Below, piece by piece: positions 21,121-43,575 of a DNA stretch of 64,000 nt. The notes under the pieces were generated by a model. That model had not been told where the DNA came from and searched no databases. It was given only the letters and a program-made list of their open reading frames with translations. The stretch's first letter is position 1. Each line of letters starts with the position of its first letter. This DNA is from the human T2T-CHM13v2.0 reference genome, Homo sapiens, in the NCBI RefSeq assembly GCF_009914755.1, contig NC_060931.1; one strand, 5' to 3'. Position numbers and translations under genes: made by a program.

Positions 21121-21228
21121 TTTAGACACGCCTATAATCCCAGCACTTTGGGAGGCCGAGGCAGGTGGATCACGAGGTCAAGAGATCAAGACCATCCTGG
21201 CCAACATGGTGAAACCCTGTCTCTACTA

Positions 21229-21426
<198 letters not shown>

Positions 21427-21904
21427 TCAACGATGTCTTGCTATTCTCCAACCACTCAAAATAGATATCAGGTCAAACTACTCTAGAGCCAATTTCACCA
21501 AATGTTCAAAGAGGTTAACACCTACCTTATAGAAACTATTTCAGAGATATGAAAAAAGTCATGTAATGAGGTTTATAACCTTCCTAACAAAATAAAACAA
21601 GGCCAGTACAAAAAAGAAAACAATCTCCCATCTATTGACAATGATGCCAAATCATGTTATTAGCTCTGCAAGGTGGGTGTTATTATTCCCATTTTATTGA
21701 TAAGAAAAACAAAGATAGGTAACTCACTAGGCTCCCATGGCTCACAGTGAAAATGAATGTAGCCTCACATCTTTCCTGGCCATCGCCCTGCCTCTCGGAC
21801 AGGACTAGAGAACAAGGGTCCCCCCTCCCTCCAGCCTTCCACAACTGAGGGGATTTCCCAGTGGCCACTGGTGATAGGAGAAGACCTCGGGGGCCAGCAC
21901 TCAC

Positions 21905-22033
21905 CAGGACGGGCTCCACCAGCTTCCCCTCCGGCATGACCGAGCGGTTCATCTTGGCAACGCGCTCCAGAGTGGCCAGGGCAGCCCGAGTGTTCCCAGT
22001 GGAGACATTGAACCGGGCAGATTCAGGAATAAA
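21905..22033 (-). CDS. SVOPL: SVOPL coding exon 8 (FIPESARFNVSTGNTRAALATLERVAKMNRSVMPEGKLVEPVL)
   Basis: cccag|TTT acceptor, CTG|GTGAGT donor, 129 nt; PES motif after TM6. Confidence 0.96.
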
Positions 22034-22824
22034 CTGGGTAGAGATTACAAAGAACATCAGAGTGGCCACTGCTATAGAACCCAGGGGTACAGCTATTATT
22101 GCTCTATACACTACAGTCCTAGTTTCCCAAGATAGGAAAAGTATGTAACCAGCTTAAAGGCATGCAATGTAGCAGGTATTCTGTTGGATTCAAAGTTGAT
22201 TTGGAACAAAAAAGGTCATGTTCTCCTTATCATAGTCCCTTCCAGGATGACGGCAGGCTGATACTCAGTTTTGCACCAATAGGGCCCAACCTAGTTGTTG
22301 ACATAATGAAATTCTCACTTTCAATTGTTAAATAGCCACTGCTGCGGGCACCCCTCTCCACCCCCTCCCCCTCTCCAGGAACCCCAGGACCTCCCCACCA
22401 TGCAACCACCAAAGGGTGACAGGAACAGGGGGCTCCAGCACCCACACGGTGGAGGAATCAGTTCTGATTGTGAAGGCTCTCAACCCACTGAATACTGAAT
22501 ATTTTGAACATCGCACGCAGAAAACATTATGGACTTCCACTGAAGCTCGAGAATCAACTCTGACCACCTCCCGTCTCTCACGCCTCACGCAATCAAGGCT
22601 GTTGGCTCTTCCTCAGAAAAGCACCTCCACAGCAGCACCTGGCCCCACATTCCCATGGCCAGAGGGCAGTTTGGGTCCCCCTGTTGGTTATTCTGACACT
22701 TGATTTTCCAGCCTTTTTCCTCTTGCCTCATGCCCAGCCTCCACAGCAATATGCCAGCTTCCTAGCACATAATCTCTTCCACAATCAGAAGTCACCTCCT
22801 TCAACACCTCCACAATCCCTTTAA

Positions 22825-23679
<855 letters not shown>

Positions 23680-24300
23680 CCCTTTGTGTTGGTTTTTGTT
23701 GTTGTTGGTTTTTTGTTTTTTTGAGAGACAGAGTCTTGCTCTGTTGCCCAGTCTAGAAGGCAGTGGCGCAATCATAGCTGACTGCAGCCTTGACCAACCA
23801 GGCCCGAGCAACCCTCCCATCTCAGCCTCCTGAGTAGCTGGGACCACAGGCACGGACCACAACACCCAGCTAAAATTTTTATTTTTAATAGAGATGGGGT
23901 TCTGCCATGTTGCCCGGGCTGGTCTTGAACTCCTGGGCTCAAGCGATCCTCCTGCCTTGGTTTTCTAAAGTGCTGGGATTACAAACATGAGCCACCATGT
24001 CTGGCCAGCAGAAAGTCTTAGACTACACCAACAGAGGCAGACAATCTGCCCACAGGAAGCAAGTGGCTTACTAAGCTCACTGGTCCCCGAGCACCTGGGG
24101 CCTGTGTGTGATTCTCAGCAAAAGTGCACTGCATAGAAGGCACTGGCCAACTGGGCTTGTCCAGAAGAAAATGGACATGGCTCTGGGGCCAGCTGTCATG
24201 AGGAAGACTTGAAGGTAATGACATTGCTTAGAGAAGGAAAGGCTTAGGGGCCATAGATTCATACATATTTAAGAGGATGATGGCCGGGCGCAGTGGCTCA

Positions 24301-24692
<392 letters not shown>

Positions 24693-24889
24693 TTAACAGC
24701 TAGGGGTGCCTGGAGATGGGATATACTGTTGAAATCTATAAAGTAGTCACATGTCTGGCCGGGTGTGGTGGCTCACACCTGTAATCCCAGCCCTTTGGGA
24801 GGCTGAGGCGGGTGGATCACTAAGTCAGGAGTTCAAGACCAGCCTGGCCAACATGGTGAAACCCCATCTCTACTAAAATACAAAAATTA

Positions 24890-25145
<256 letters not shown>

Positions 25146-25515
25146 TCAAGGACCTTTCTGAATTCTGACATTCTTTGATTCCATAGGGTAGGTGACATCA
25201 AACTAAAACCCCGGTTCTGCTGAGTGGTCAATCTTGTCTTTGAATGAGTAGAATTGTACTGCAAACTAAGGAAGATGATGATTCTACAGTTGAACAACCT
25301 ACAGATGAGTGGGAGAGAAGCCTGTGGTGGCCTGGGAGTATGTCAACAGCATCCAACAGGTGGTGCTGAAGGAGAGAGTGGAGTCAGCAAAAACAGGACG
25401 GAGCCGTCAGACAAAACTTCTAGGAAGAGGGGCAACGAGGCAGGCTAAGGGAGGTGAGGGCTGCCCGCTGGTTGAGACAGACTCCTCAATAAAGGTAATA
25501 GGATGTGAGAAAGAT

Positions 25516-26325
<810 letters not shown>

Positions 26326-26559
26326 CTAGGAAGAGAGAAGTCCAGGATTAAAGTTCTTTGGGGAATTATGACAATGAAAAAAAAAAGGAAAAATATATAT
26401 TTTTAGAAAGATTAAAATTCCTTCTGTCCCATGTGCTTCACATATCTTCTTTTGGGAGCCACTTTGTCCAGCATTTTGCCTTTTGTTTTGTTTTGTTTTG
26501 AGACAGGGTCCACTCTCTCACCCAGGCTGGAGTGCAGTGATCCAACCTCGGCTCACTGA

Positions 26560-26772
<213 letters not shown>

Positions 26773-26895
26773 TGAGCCTAGCCCGGGGTGACTATTTCAT
26801 CACTAAAGAACTCTGTTACCAACAAAAACAAGACTATTTCAGAAAGCAGTAAGGGCTGTAAGGAAAATAGAAAAGTGTGATAGAGTGGGACTTGA

Positions 26896-27410
<515 letters not shown>

Positions 27411-27991
27411 TCACTGATGGACGTTTCGACTGAAGGTCTAATAATAGAGGGTGTGTTAGTAGGGCTTGTGATTGGGGATGAGGGACAGGGAGGGTCCGGG
27501 ATGCCTCCTGAGTTTGTGTTCCAAGATCACTGAGGGGAAAGTGTTTGCTATTAACTGAAATTGGAAACAGAAATAAGAGGCTTAAGGGGAAGAAGAGATT
27601 AGTTCTGAATATCTTGTATTGAGGAGCCTGTAAGACATTCAAGTAACTATCGGGTCATTGGCTACCTAGGTCTGAAGGTTAAGGAGGCGCTCTAGGTTGT
27701 AGAGAAAGATTTTGGGGCCAGTGCGGTGGCTCATGCCTGTTATCCCAACACTTCGGAAGGCTGAGGTAGGGGAATCACTTGAAGCCAGGAGTTTGAGACT
27801 AGCCTGGGCAACAAAGCAAGACTCCATCTCCACAAAAAAAAATTTAAAAATTCACTAGGCACCATGACATGCACCTGTAGTCCCAGCTACTTAGGAGGCT
27901 GAGGTGGAAGGATCACTTGAGCCCAGGAGTTCGAGGCTGCAGGGAGCTGTGATCACACCAATGTACTCCAGCCTGGGTAACAGAGAGATAA

Positions 27992-28217
<226 letters not shown>

Positions 28218-28276
28218 TAGCTGAGATTACAGGTGCATGCCACTATGCCTGGCTAATTTTTGTATTTTTAATCTAA

Positions 28277-28408
<132 letters not shown>

Positions 28409-29093
28409 TAGATGACCCAGGAGACATGGAAAATAATACTAGCAAGGGAGAGACATAACCAGGAAGCATGGCAAAGTAAGAGACGCAGGTGGAAGAGAAA
28501 ATGTCCATAACAGGGCTTGAGTAGGACCATGCTCAGTCAATAACACCATGTGTAAGACCCAAGCACTAAGCATTAGAAGCGTGTGCCTCTAGTTTTTGTT
28601 TGTCTGGTTTTTTTTGAGACAGAGTCTCACTCTGTTGCCCAGACTCGTGTATAGTGGCACAATAAATGGCTCACTGTAGCCTCGGTCCCTTGGTCTCCTG
28701 AGCTTAAGTGATCCACCTCAGCCTCCTGAGTAGCTGGGACTACAGGCACGTGCCACTACACACAGCTAATTTTTTTATTTTTGTAGAGATGGAGTTCCAC
28801 CATGTTGCCCAGGCTGGTCTCGAACTCCTGGGCTCAAGCAATCTGCCTGCCTCAGCCTCCCAAAGTGTTGGGATTATAGGTGTGAGCCATCGCACCCAGC
28901 CTGTGCCTCCATCTTGACAAAGATTAGAAGAGAGCTGCAGGGATTGAAAAGAATCACTATCCAGTACTTGTTAGATTCTTTTAAAACATTTTTGTCAGGC
29001 CGGGCATGGTGGCTCACACCTGTAATCCCAGCACTTTGGGAGGCCGACGCAGGTGGATCACTTGAGGTCAGGAGTTAGAGACCAGCCTGGTCA

Positions 29094-29297
<204 letters not shown>

Positions 29298-29889
29298 CTA
29301 TGTTTATTAACAAAAAATAAATTTGAAAGTATTTTCCTACTGCTTTATTTATTGCCAAGTGTATAAGGCTTCAGCGGGAAGGGTCATCTTTCTCCTCGTT
29401 CCTCTGAAAAATCAGGGCTTTTGGTTAAGTGTAGATGGGACAGGGCACCTAGACTGACCTGTCTTCTGGATTCGAAACCTCTAATCAATGGCCAGCAGGG
29501 GCCTGAGGAGGGATTGAGAGCACCTAAAGGAGGCAATTTTGGCACATTCCCTCAGGTATGAGCCAGTTCTGGACTTGGAACCACCAGGATCGTTGGAAGG
29601 GAGGTAGGACAGCCTAAAGGGGTAGCAGCTGGGACCTACCACTGAAAGCTCGGTGTGGAAGAAAGTTTATCCTGGATGCATCCCTAGGCTTCTGTCATTC
29701 CAGTGAAACCGGTCATCAGACTATTTGGTTACTGTGTTCTAAATGCTATTGGATGATGATCATCCTGGGCTCAGAAAACCTTGGAATTGGACCTATGGCT
29801 TCAAGCATTCCCAGGCCTCTTTGGTTGGTACAAAATAATAGACAGTGTATCAACCGAAGAACAATCAACCAGCCAAAAATAAACATGCA

Positions 29890-34842
<4,953 letters not shown>

Positions 34843-34900
34843 TATGTACATCTTATCCCATAGGATGCCAAAGGCAGGTAGAACTCCTACGTTGCCTTAC

Positions 34901-34964
34901 CTGAGACAAGGGTAACATATAGCCTCGGTATTTCGTGGGCAAAAATTCAGTCTTTATGATTAAC
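34901..34964 (-). CDS. SVOPL: SVOPL coding exon 6 (LIIKTEFLPTKYRGYMLPLSQ)
   Basis: tttag|G acceptor, CAG|GTAAGG donor, 64 nt; ExxPxxxRG motif. Confidence 0.95.
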
Positions 34965-35161
34965 CTAAACAGGAAGCAGGAAAAAGCATAATTTTGTTTT
35001 AAAAAACTAAATCATCTTTTAAAAAATAATCAGTTTTTCTTGTCACAGGGATAAAGAATTCAAAAGCATAGAAGTTGATTATATATCAGAAGAGAATTAT
35101 GACAGCTAATATCCACATAAGAGAACAGTAAGAACGAAACTGACAATTGCTCCTGGGTTTA

Positions 35162-35407
<246 letters not shown>

Positions 35408-35580
35408 TCACCTGAGCCCAGGAGGTGGAGGTTGTGGTGAGCCAATATTGTGCCATTGCACTCCAGCAACAAGAGCGAAACTCCATGTTGAAAAGACAAA
35501 AAAAAAAAGAAATATAAGCCTTATCTGTTTTGCCAAGGGAAGCACTGGCAAAATGTTTTCCCAAGCCTGATTCCCTTTTC

Positions 35581-35588
35581 TTATTTGT

Positions 35589-35623
<35 letters not shown>

Positions 35624-35627
35624 TTTT
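35581..35627. repeat. (TTTA)n tetranucleotide STR in an Alu tail
   Basis: Direct reading. Confidence 0.9.
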
Positions 35628-35629
35628 AG

Positions 35630-35779
<150 letters not shown>

Positions 35780-36321
35780 TAAATTTTTTGTAGAGATGGG
35801 ACCTTGCTGCATTGCCAATCCTGGCCTCAAGCAACTGTTGCACCTTGGTTTCCTAAAGGGCTGGGATTATAGGGGTGAGCCACTGCACTCAGCCTGATTC
35901 CCTTTTCTAAAACACATTGGGAAATTAAAATACACCTGAGAGAAGGTAAATAGTTCTCTCAATTCATGAGGACAGTCAAGGCACAAGTTTCTAATTAAGT
36001 ACATATTTTCTTCTGAATATAAGAATAAATAGAAACATATTCCATCAGTTTTCTAATTGCTCTTCTCTGTTGCTGTTGTTAGCCAGAATTTGGGGATTTT
36101 TAACATATTTATTGAGCTGTTTCCTGGGGAATGTTTTATATTTTTACTTAGCTTCTACTCCTTTAGGGCTCCAAAGCTCAAAGCTTACTGTATGCCCCAG
36201 GGAAGAACAATTCTTTCTCTAACACATGAAGGCAGTAATTAGGTGCTTTGACATCTCCTAACATATTTTAAGAATAATCTCCTCCAAGGCACCAAGAAGA
36301 GAAGAGCCCAAGGGGTCCTGT

Positions 36322-36780
36322 GAATTCAAGGGGAGGGGAGTTCCTGCAACTGAGGGTTCCTCCCTATTTTAGGCCATTTAGGGTAATTTCTGGACATTGC
36401 CATGGCATTTGTAAGCTGTCCTGGCACCACTGGGAGTGTCTTTTGGCATGCTAATACATTATAATTAGAGTATAATAAGCAGTGAAGACAATCAGAGCTC
36501 GCTTTGGTCGCCATCTTGGTTTTAGTGGGTTTAGGCCAGTTTCTTTACCACATCTTGTTTTATCAGCGGGGTGTCTTGTGATGTGTATCTTGTGAAACCA
36601 GTCCTGCTGATCTCCTATCTCTTCCTGTGACTAGGAATGCCTAACCTCCTGGGAATGCAGCCCAGCAAGTCTCAGCTTCATTTTACCCAGCCCCTATTAA
36701 AGATGGAGTCACTCTAGTTCGATCCCATCTGACATATTCCCCCCCCTCCCTTTTACAAGAGGAGTCTTAAATCATAGGGT
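36322..36780 (-). mobile_element. MER41-type 3' LTR fragment (LTR begins at 36734) with polypurine tract and a little internal sequence
   Basis: Minus strand GGGAGGGGGGGGAATA|TGTCAGA...ACTCCATCTTTAATAGGGGCTGGGTAAAATG...CAAGATGGCG. Confidence 0.8.
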
Positions 36781-37294
36781 GATAGTACTCAAAAATAGTT
36801 ACTCCTAAATGTTACAGGGGCTTATGGTCAAACTAAACTCTTCCAACAAATTCAAGAAATTAATAAATTATGTTTGGATTGACTTCAAAAATTTTTGTTT
36901 GTTTGTTTGTTTTTGTAGAGCGAGGGTCTCACTATGCTGTCCAGGCTGGTCTTGAACTCCTGGGCTGAAGGGATTTGCCTCAGTTTCCCAAAGTGCTCAG
37001 ATTACAGATGCGAGCCACCACCACGCCCAGCCTGGGTTGACATTTTGTTACCTGACACTTGTTAGTATTTCCTGTAACAAAATATTGCACATCTCAAAAA
37101 CAATGACTAGCCTTATGAACAAAAAAGCTAACACCTGCTTGATCTAGCACTCTGCTAGCCTCACCATCAAGCATCATTTTAAGGAGAAAACTGCTCCTGC
37201 TGGAGCATTAAATAAGCAGCTATCACTAAAAACCAAACAAAGCTTAAACTGAGTTTGCACAAGTGACATCTATAAATCTGTAACTTATTAATGC

Positions 37295-38225
<931 letters not shown>

Positions 38226-38316
38226 ATGCTTTTGGTCTATTAAGCGCAGTGTGTGTGCATCAGGGCCTGCAGGGGTACACGTTTCTGTCTCAGGGTCCCC
38301 TGGGTAACATATTTAC

Positions 38317-38441
38317 CCTTGCGAGTGGCCGGACACACCACAGCCCACCATCGTCCGCAGGAAGACAAACCAGATGTACGAAGGAGCAAACGAGGTCAGC
38401 AAGGAGAAATAGGCTCCCCACAGGAACGAGATGAGCAGAAT
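38317..38441 (-). CDS. SVOPL: SVOPL coding exon 5 (ILLISFLWGAYFSLLTSFAPSYIWFVFLRTMVGCGVSGHSQG)
   Basis: ttcag|ATT acceptor, AGG|GTAAAT donor, 125 nt (phase 0-2); MFS TM3-TM4 with RxxxG. Confidence 0.95.
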
Positions 38442-39844
38442 CTGAAGCAACAGCAGAACACATGAATGGGACCTGCCTCAATGCGGGGAGGGAAGAAGCC
38501 CTAACTTCTGAAGGCGATTTTCGGTTTCCATCCTGATAGTTGCTTCTCTGAGGAGCTAACCTGTAGCAAGCCCACTGGTCTTTCACAATCATCCAACAAT
38601 ACAATCCATGCCATTCTACTGTCTGGAAGCCCAGACCTACCAAGTTCAGACCATTCTTTAAAACTACCATGCTGTGCCCACCCTCATGGGTGGCAGGTCC
38701 CTGAACTTGGACATCAAAAGGCAAAAACGTGTCCTCCCTACTCACAGGGCTGCTGGGGACGTAATGAGGCAGTATGTTGGGAGGAGTACAAGGAGAACAT
38801 TTAAGGTATTTGCTTTTTCTTTAATTATAAGGATAAATTCATAGTAAACAATACAGAAGAAAAAAGAAAATTAAGAAATTGAAATCACCATTGATTGTCC
38901 AACCCAGAGAAGATAACTCTTAACACTGTTTTATCTTCTCTGTTTATGAGAGAAAACGAAGTGTTAATGGCTGGCTATAAATGTTCCAGTGGAAAGATGT
39001 ACTTTCATACATGTAATATAATACATAAGACCTTGCTCTACTGTTGCAGTTTAAGTTGTTTCAGATCTTCTCATTATTAAAATAAGCTGCGATGATATCT
39101 GTACATAAGTCGTTATGCCCTCTCTGATATCTTTAGCAAGCTAGATTTCTGGAAGACAAATGTTCAGGTTAGCAGAATATTTTCAAGGTTCATGTTTCAT
39201 ACTGCCAGGCTGATGGTCAGAAAAATTATACCAATAGGGTTTAATAATATTATATAATAATAATGATATATTAACACCAACAGGGTGTTATATATAGTAA
39301 GGGTGTCTATATACTTGCAAGTCATGAAAATGTCCATTTCAACGGTGCAGGACTCTTTAAGGAAAAATTTCCTTACATATTTGATAAGGAAAAATTATAT
39401 CTTGCTATGTATTTTGTTTTTGATAACTCCTGTACTTTAATGTTTTTTCAAAGTTTCTTGATAATTTGTATTTCTTTTATAAAATGCCTTTTTGTGCTTT
39501 TTTGAGATACTCGTGTTTTCAAATTTACAAGAATCTATGCTATTTATTTCATGTACTTTAAAACATACAGCCAATTCTACTAATGTTTTCCTTTGAGATT
39601 CCTCCATTTGTGTTTATGCTCAGAGAGGATTTCACCAGAAATCAAGCAAATAGAAAAGACAGACCTGGGTTTGTAATCAGAAGACATAATTTATGTCTTG
39701 ATGTCTAATCTTAGTAGGCACGTGACTTTGAGCACGTAGCTAGTTTCAAAGCTATACCAACATGAGCAAAATGTGTAGCTGCTTATGTTTATACCTGCAA
39801 ATGTCCACACTCTAATATGTTTTAACTCCGTACATCCATCAACT

Positions 39845-41320
39845 TGAGAGAGAAAAGCGGCTCAGAACAGTCTGAGGAATGTGAGGTATGCAGAATTTAT
39901 CAGGTCCAGAGACACAGGAGCATGCGACTCCGGTCACATTCCCGCACCCATGCCCAGGGTAATTGTATTTCATTTTGTTTTTCTTACCTTCCCTGTAGTT
40001 TCCAGACTAGCTGATAAATTACCTAAAAGGTTACCGCAAGTTGCACAATGTGACGCTCATCCATTATCTCCATGTTTTTAGATTTTGTGACACCAAGAAA
40101 GATGTAGAATCAGCTGATAGCATACCTTATTTTAACGAACCAATGTAAATTATTAGTAAATAACTTAGGAAGTGCCCCCAAATTCTTTTCTCTCCTCCTT
40201 TAAAAAACCCACTTGTAACTGCTGCTAATCGGAGCATATATTCAGGGCAACTGGACTGTATGACTTCCGAGCTGCAATCCTCAATCTTGGTCCAAATAAA
40301 CTCCCTACTTATATTAATTTCGTCTCTGTTTCTTCCTTTAGGTCAATATTTCTGGCATAGCTGGCAAGGTTCAGAGCAACACCACCCCTTACCCCCACAA
40401 TTACCAATAGGCTCCTCTTGAACTTGCTGCATGAACCCACTGCGTTCCCCTAACTCCAGAGGTTTCACTGGGGGCAAAAGGGTGAGTCTTTCTGAATCTG
40501 GCCCTCCTTTCCTTTAGGTTGAGGTCTACAGTTTGGGTGGCTTCTTTATAAACTCTCTCATTTAAGAGCATGGGCTTCCATTTCTGTCCCTGGACGGGAC
40601 ATTCAGGCAAATGGCTCTGCAGAGAACTTCTGCTTTCTCTGCCTCTGCCTCATAGCAGCAGGTTTGGCTTAATGGTCTTGGCCATCCAGCACTAGTCATT
40701 TTACTTTTTCTTGTCCTAAAATTCCATCACAGGCTTTAAAACTTGCATCTGTTTCCTACTGATTGTAATTTGGACTTCTCTTTTCATTTGTGGCCAGTTC
40801 CTGCTAGTTTCAAACAGATAGGTGCCTGAGGGTGAGTTTTCTTGCCCCAAAATTAAGGGAGACTTGCTCCCTCCCAACCTACTTGGGTGCTCTGGGGGTT
40901 TAGAGACTTTATGGACACTCACTCATGACACATAGTCCTGAAAGAACAGCTTCTTCTGAGCTTGCTGTTGCAGCAGTGGACTAGTCATTTAAATGAAAAC
41001 CAGAGGAAAAAACCTCCCAATAGGGCTGCTCTGAAGGGCTAAGGGGCCTTTTCCATTCCCCTTATTAACTCATTAGAAGCGAAGATATGGATAAATGGAG
41101 AACAGATGTGTGCCCCCACTGATATCAGACCTCTGTTCTCAACACCACCACAGTAAACTGGACGTGGTGGGGGCATCTAACCAACCCATGACTGCTTCTA
41201 AGTCCCAACCTTTAAAAGTTCAAATAGAGCCACTTAGCGGCCTTCCTTCCTTTAATCCTTCTGGGTAGAGATTTCTTAGAACTCTATAATACCCGCATCT
41301 CCTTTTACTCCACACCTGGA
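39845..41320 (+). mobile_element. ERV1 proviral fragment: LTR (~39845-40348, MER34-like), degenerate tRNA-Ser PBS, internal remnant with protease motif
   Basis: AATAAA at 40295; TGGCATAGCTGGCAAGGTT at 40353-40371; ILLGRDFLE at 41255-41281. Confidence 0.7.
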
Positions 41321-41526
41321 CTGCAGAGGAACAGCTGCAGGCACAGGTACCCTGAGAAAAATGTCCAGAAGATAAGCCTGGAATGTTCCATCAGGGAGGG
41401 AAATGTCTGCATTTTCTATCTTGGGTATTGGGAGGGAGATGCCTACTAAAGAGAAACAGTGATAAGGTTGCCCCCAAAAGAATACACAAAAGACAATTCC
41501 AAATGCTACTGTGAGGCCCCACCTAC

Positions 41527-41598
41527 CTTCCAGCGGCCATATCTGTCAGCCAGGAGGCCAAAGAGGATACTGAAAACCATGTAGCCAAAAAACACCAT
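41527..41598 (-). CDS. SVOPL: SVOPL coding exon 4 (MVFFGYMVFSILFGLLADRYGRWK)
   Basis: ttgcag|ATG acceptor, AAG|GTAGGT donor, 72 nt; contains MFS motif A (GxxxDRxGRx[RK]); absent from ORF track. Confidence 0.96.
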
Positions 41599-42699
41599 CT
41601 GCAAGTGGGAGCGAGATAAAACGGTTCTCTAAGCAGGTTTTACATGTTACTTTACCCCGTTAGCCATTTTCACTAGAAGTAGGCTGGAAATACGGGAGGG
41701 ATGGAAGTTAATTTAAAGAACAGGGTTTCACGTTGGTCTTGCTTGCCCCTGAGGCCCTTCATGTTCAGGATTTCAGCTCCCTGTTGGTGGGAGCCTAACA
41801 AGGCAGATCCTGCCCCAGGTGGAAACGGGGTCCTCTGCCGCCCGCTTGTTGCTAGAGGACGGCTTCGGCTCCACTCTATTCAGATGTGTACTTGTGAATT
41901 TCCACTGTAATTTTTAAAATTGTCTGTTCATGCGCTGCCTTATACAGTACACAAATTGGGGCCACTAGAAGCAGTCTCCCTTTATGTTATTACAAATAGA
42001 CATAACTTTAAACACCAAATCCAATCACTCATTTAAAAAACTCTTCAGAACATTCATAAGTCCTAAGATACACCTACTTCTTTTCCTTACTCGTTCTCAC
42101 AATGGCCTGTCCTCCCCTGATAAAATTCAAGGACCTGGGATTTGACACTAGGGTTTTATTTATTATAACTTGGCCTGAGACCTCAGCTGCTGTCTGTGCC
42201 TCTGGGCTCCTTATTTTCCTGCCTTCAAGAAGTTCAGGCTTCACTGCAGCCCTGACTGACGGCCTCCAGGGCAATCAAAGGAATGCTGTCAGCTCGCATT
42301 TCTAGGGGAAAACAAAACAAACCAGAAACAGCTCTGTTTCCCTTTCGCTGTCGCTGTTCTGCTTTTTTTCTCCTTCCTTCACTCTTTAGAGGGAAGACTG
42401 AAATGCATTTCTCCCACACTGAACCATGAAAAATTCATCATATATATTCTTGCACGACAAAAGCCACGACTGGGTCCTGCACGCTACACTTTCTAGGACA
42501 GAAACGTTCCGTAACCCTGTTTGACAGACTGCAGAGACAGAAACCTGTCCGCTCGCTGGGGCTCCAGCTCTCCCTCTGCCTCCCTCACTCGCCCCCAACG
42601 ATCCTCAGTGGTGCCCCCTTCTTGTGCACCCTACCCTGCCCTCCCCCTCCCCCACCTTCTACCTGGAAGACGTCCTGCCTCCCTCGCGCGCCCCACCTA

Positions 42700-43195
42700 G
42701 CGCGCGCCTAACCCTCCAGCGTCCTTGAGCTCCCATCGGGCACGCGCCTAACCCTCCAGCACCCCTAATCCTCCATCGGACACACCCCTGGCCCTCCATC
42801 GGGCGTGCGCCTAACCCTCCAACGCCCCTAATCCTCCATCGGGCACGCCTCTGACCCATTGGGCGCGTGCCTAACCCTCTGGCACCCCGTATCCTCCAGC
42901 AGGCGGGCGCCTAACCCTCCAGCGCCCCTAATCCTCCACTGGGCAAGCCCCTGACCCTTTATCGGGCGCGCGCGCCTAACCCTCGAGCACCCCTAATCCT
43001 CCATCAGGCGCGCGCCTAACCCTCCAGCGCCTTTAATCCTCCATCGGGCACGCCCCTGACCCTCCACCAGATGCGCGCCTAATCTCCAGCACCCCCGATC
43101 CTCCATCGGGCGCGCGCCTAACTCTCCAGCGTCCCTGACCCTCCATCGGGCGCACCCCTGATCCTCCATGGGTGTGCCGCTGACCCCTGATCCTC
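42700..43195. repeat. CpG-rich composite minisatellite (40/63-bp higher-order units)
   Basis: CCTAACCCT or a variant at 42707, 42747, 42810, 42870, 42910, 42975, 43015, 43078, 43117. Confidence 0.9.
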
Positions 43196-43254
43196 TCTTG
43201 CGCCCTTCCCCCCTCCCCCGCACGCTGCTGCTGCTCACCCCCAGCTCTTCCTCC

Positions 43255-43575
43255 TCCGCCACCCCGGCGCTCGACCCTTCCCCCCACCCCCGCCCTCGAC
43301 CCTTCTCCCCAACTCCCGCCCTCGACCTTTCCCCCATAACCCTGACCCTTCCCCCAACCAGCCCCGCGCTCGACCCTTCCTTACCCCCACGCCCACCCTC
43401 GACCCTTCCCCCGACACTTCCCCCATCCCCGCCCTTTCCCCTGACCCCCGACACTTCCCCCCGACCCCTGCCCTCGACCCTTCCCCTCCACCCCCGACCC
43501 TTCCCCCAACCACCCCCATGCTCGACCCTTCCTACCCCCACCCCCACGCTCGACCCTCCCCCGCCCCCACTCGCC
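43255..43575. repeat. C-rich ~25-bp tandem repeat (CTCGACCCTTCCCC...), G-quadruplex-prone on the minus strand
   Basis: About 8 CTCGACC cores with interspersed C3-C6 runs. Confidence 0.85.

Noticed and set aside
29400-29880. Unique-looking segments (also 52740-52930 and 43600-44100)
   Set aside because: Could not assign to a gene, RNA or repeat family by eye; need BLAST/Dfam/conservation data
42700-43195. CRISPR-like array or true interstitial telomere
   Set aside because: Intervening segments are themselves related repeats rather than unique spacers; no tandem (TTAGGG)n; eukaryotic context
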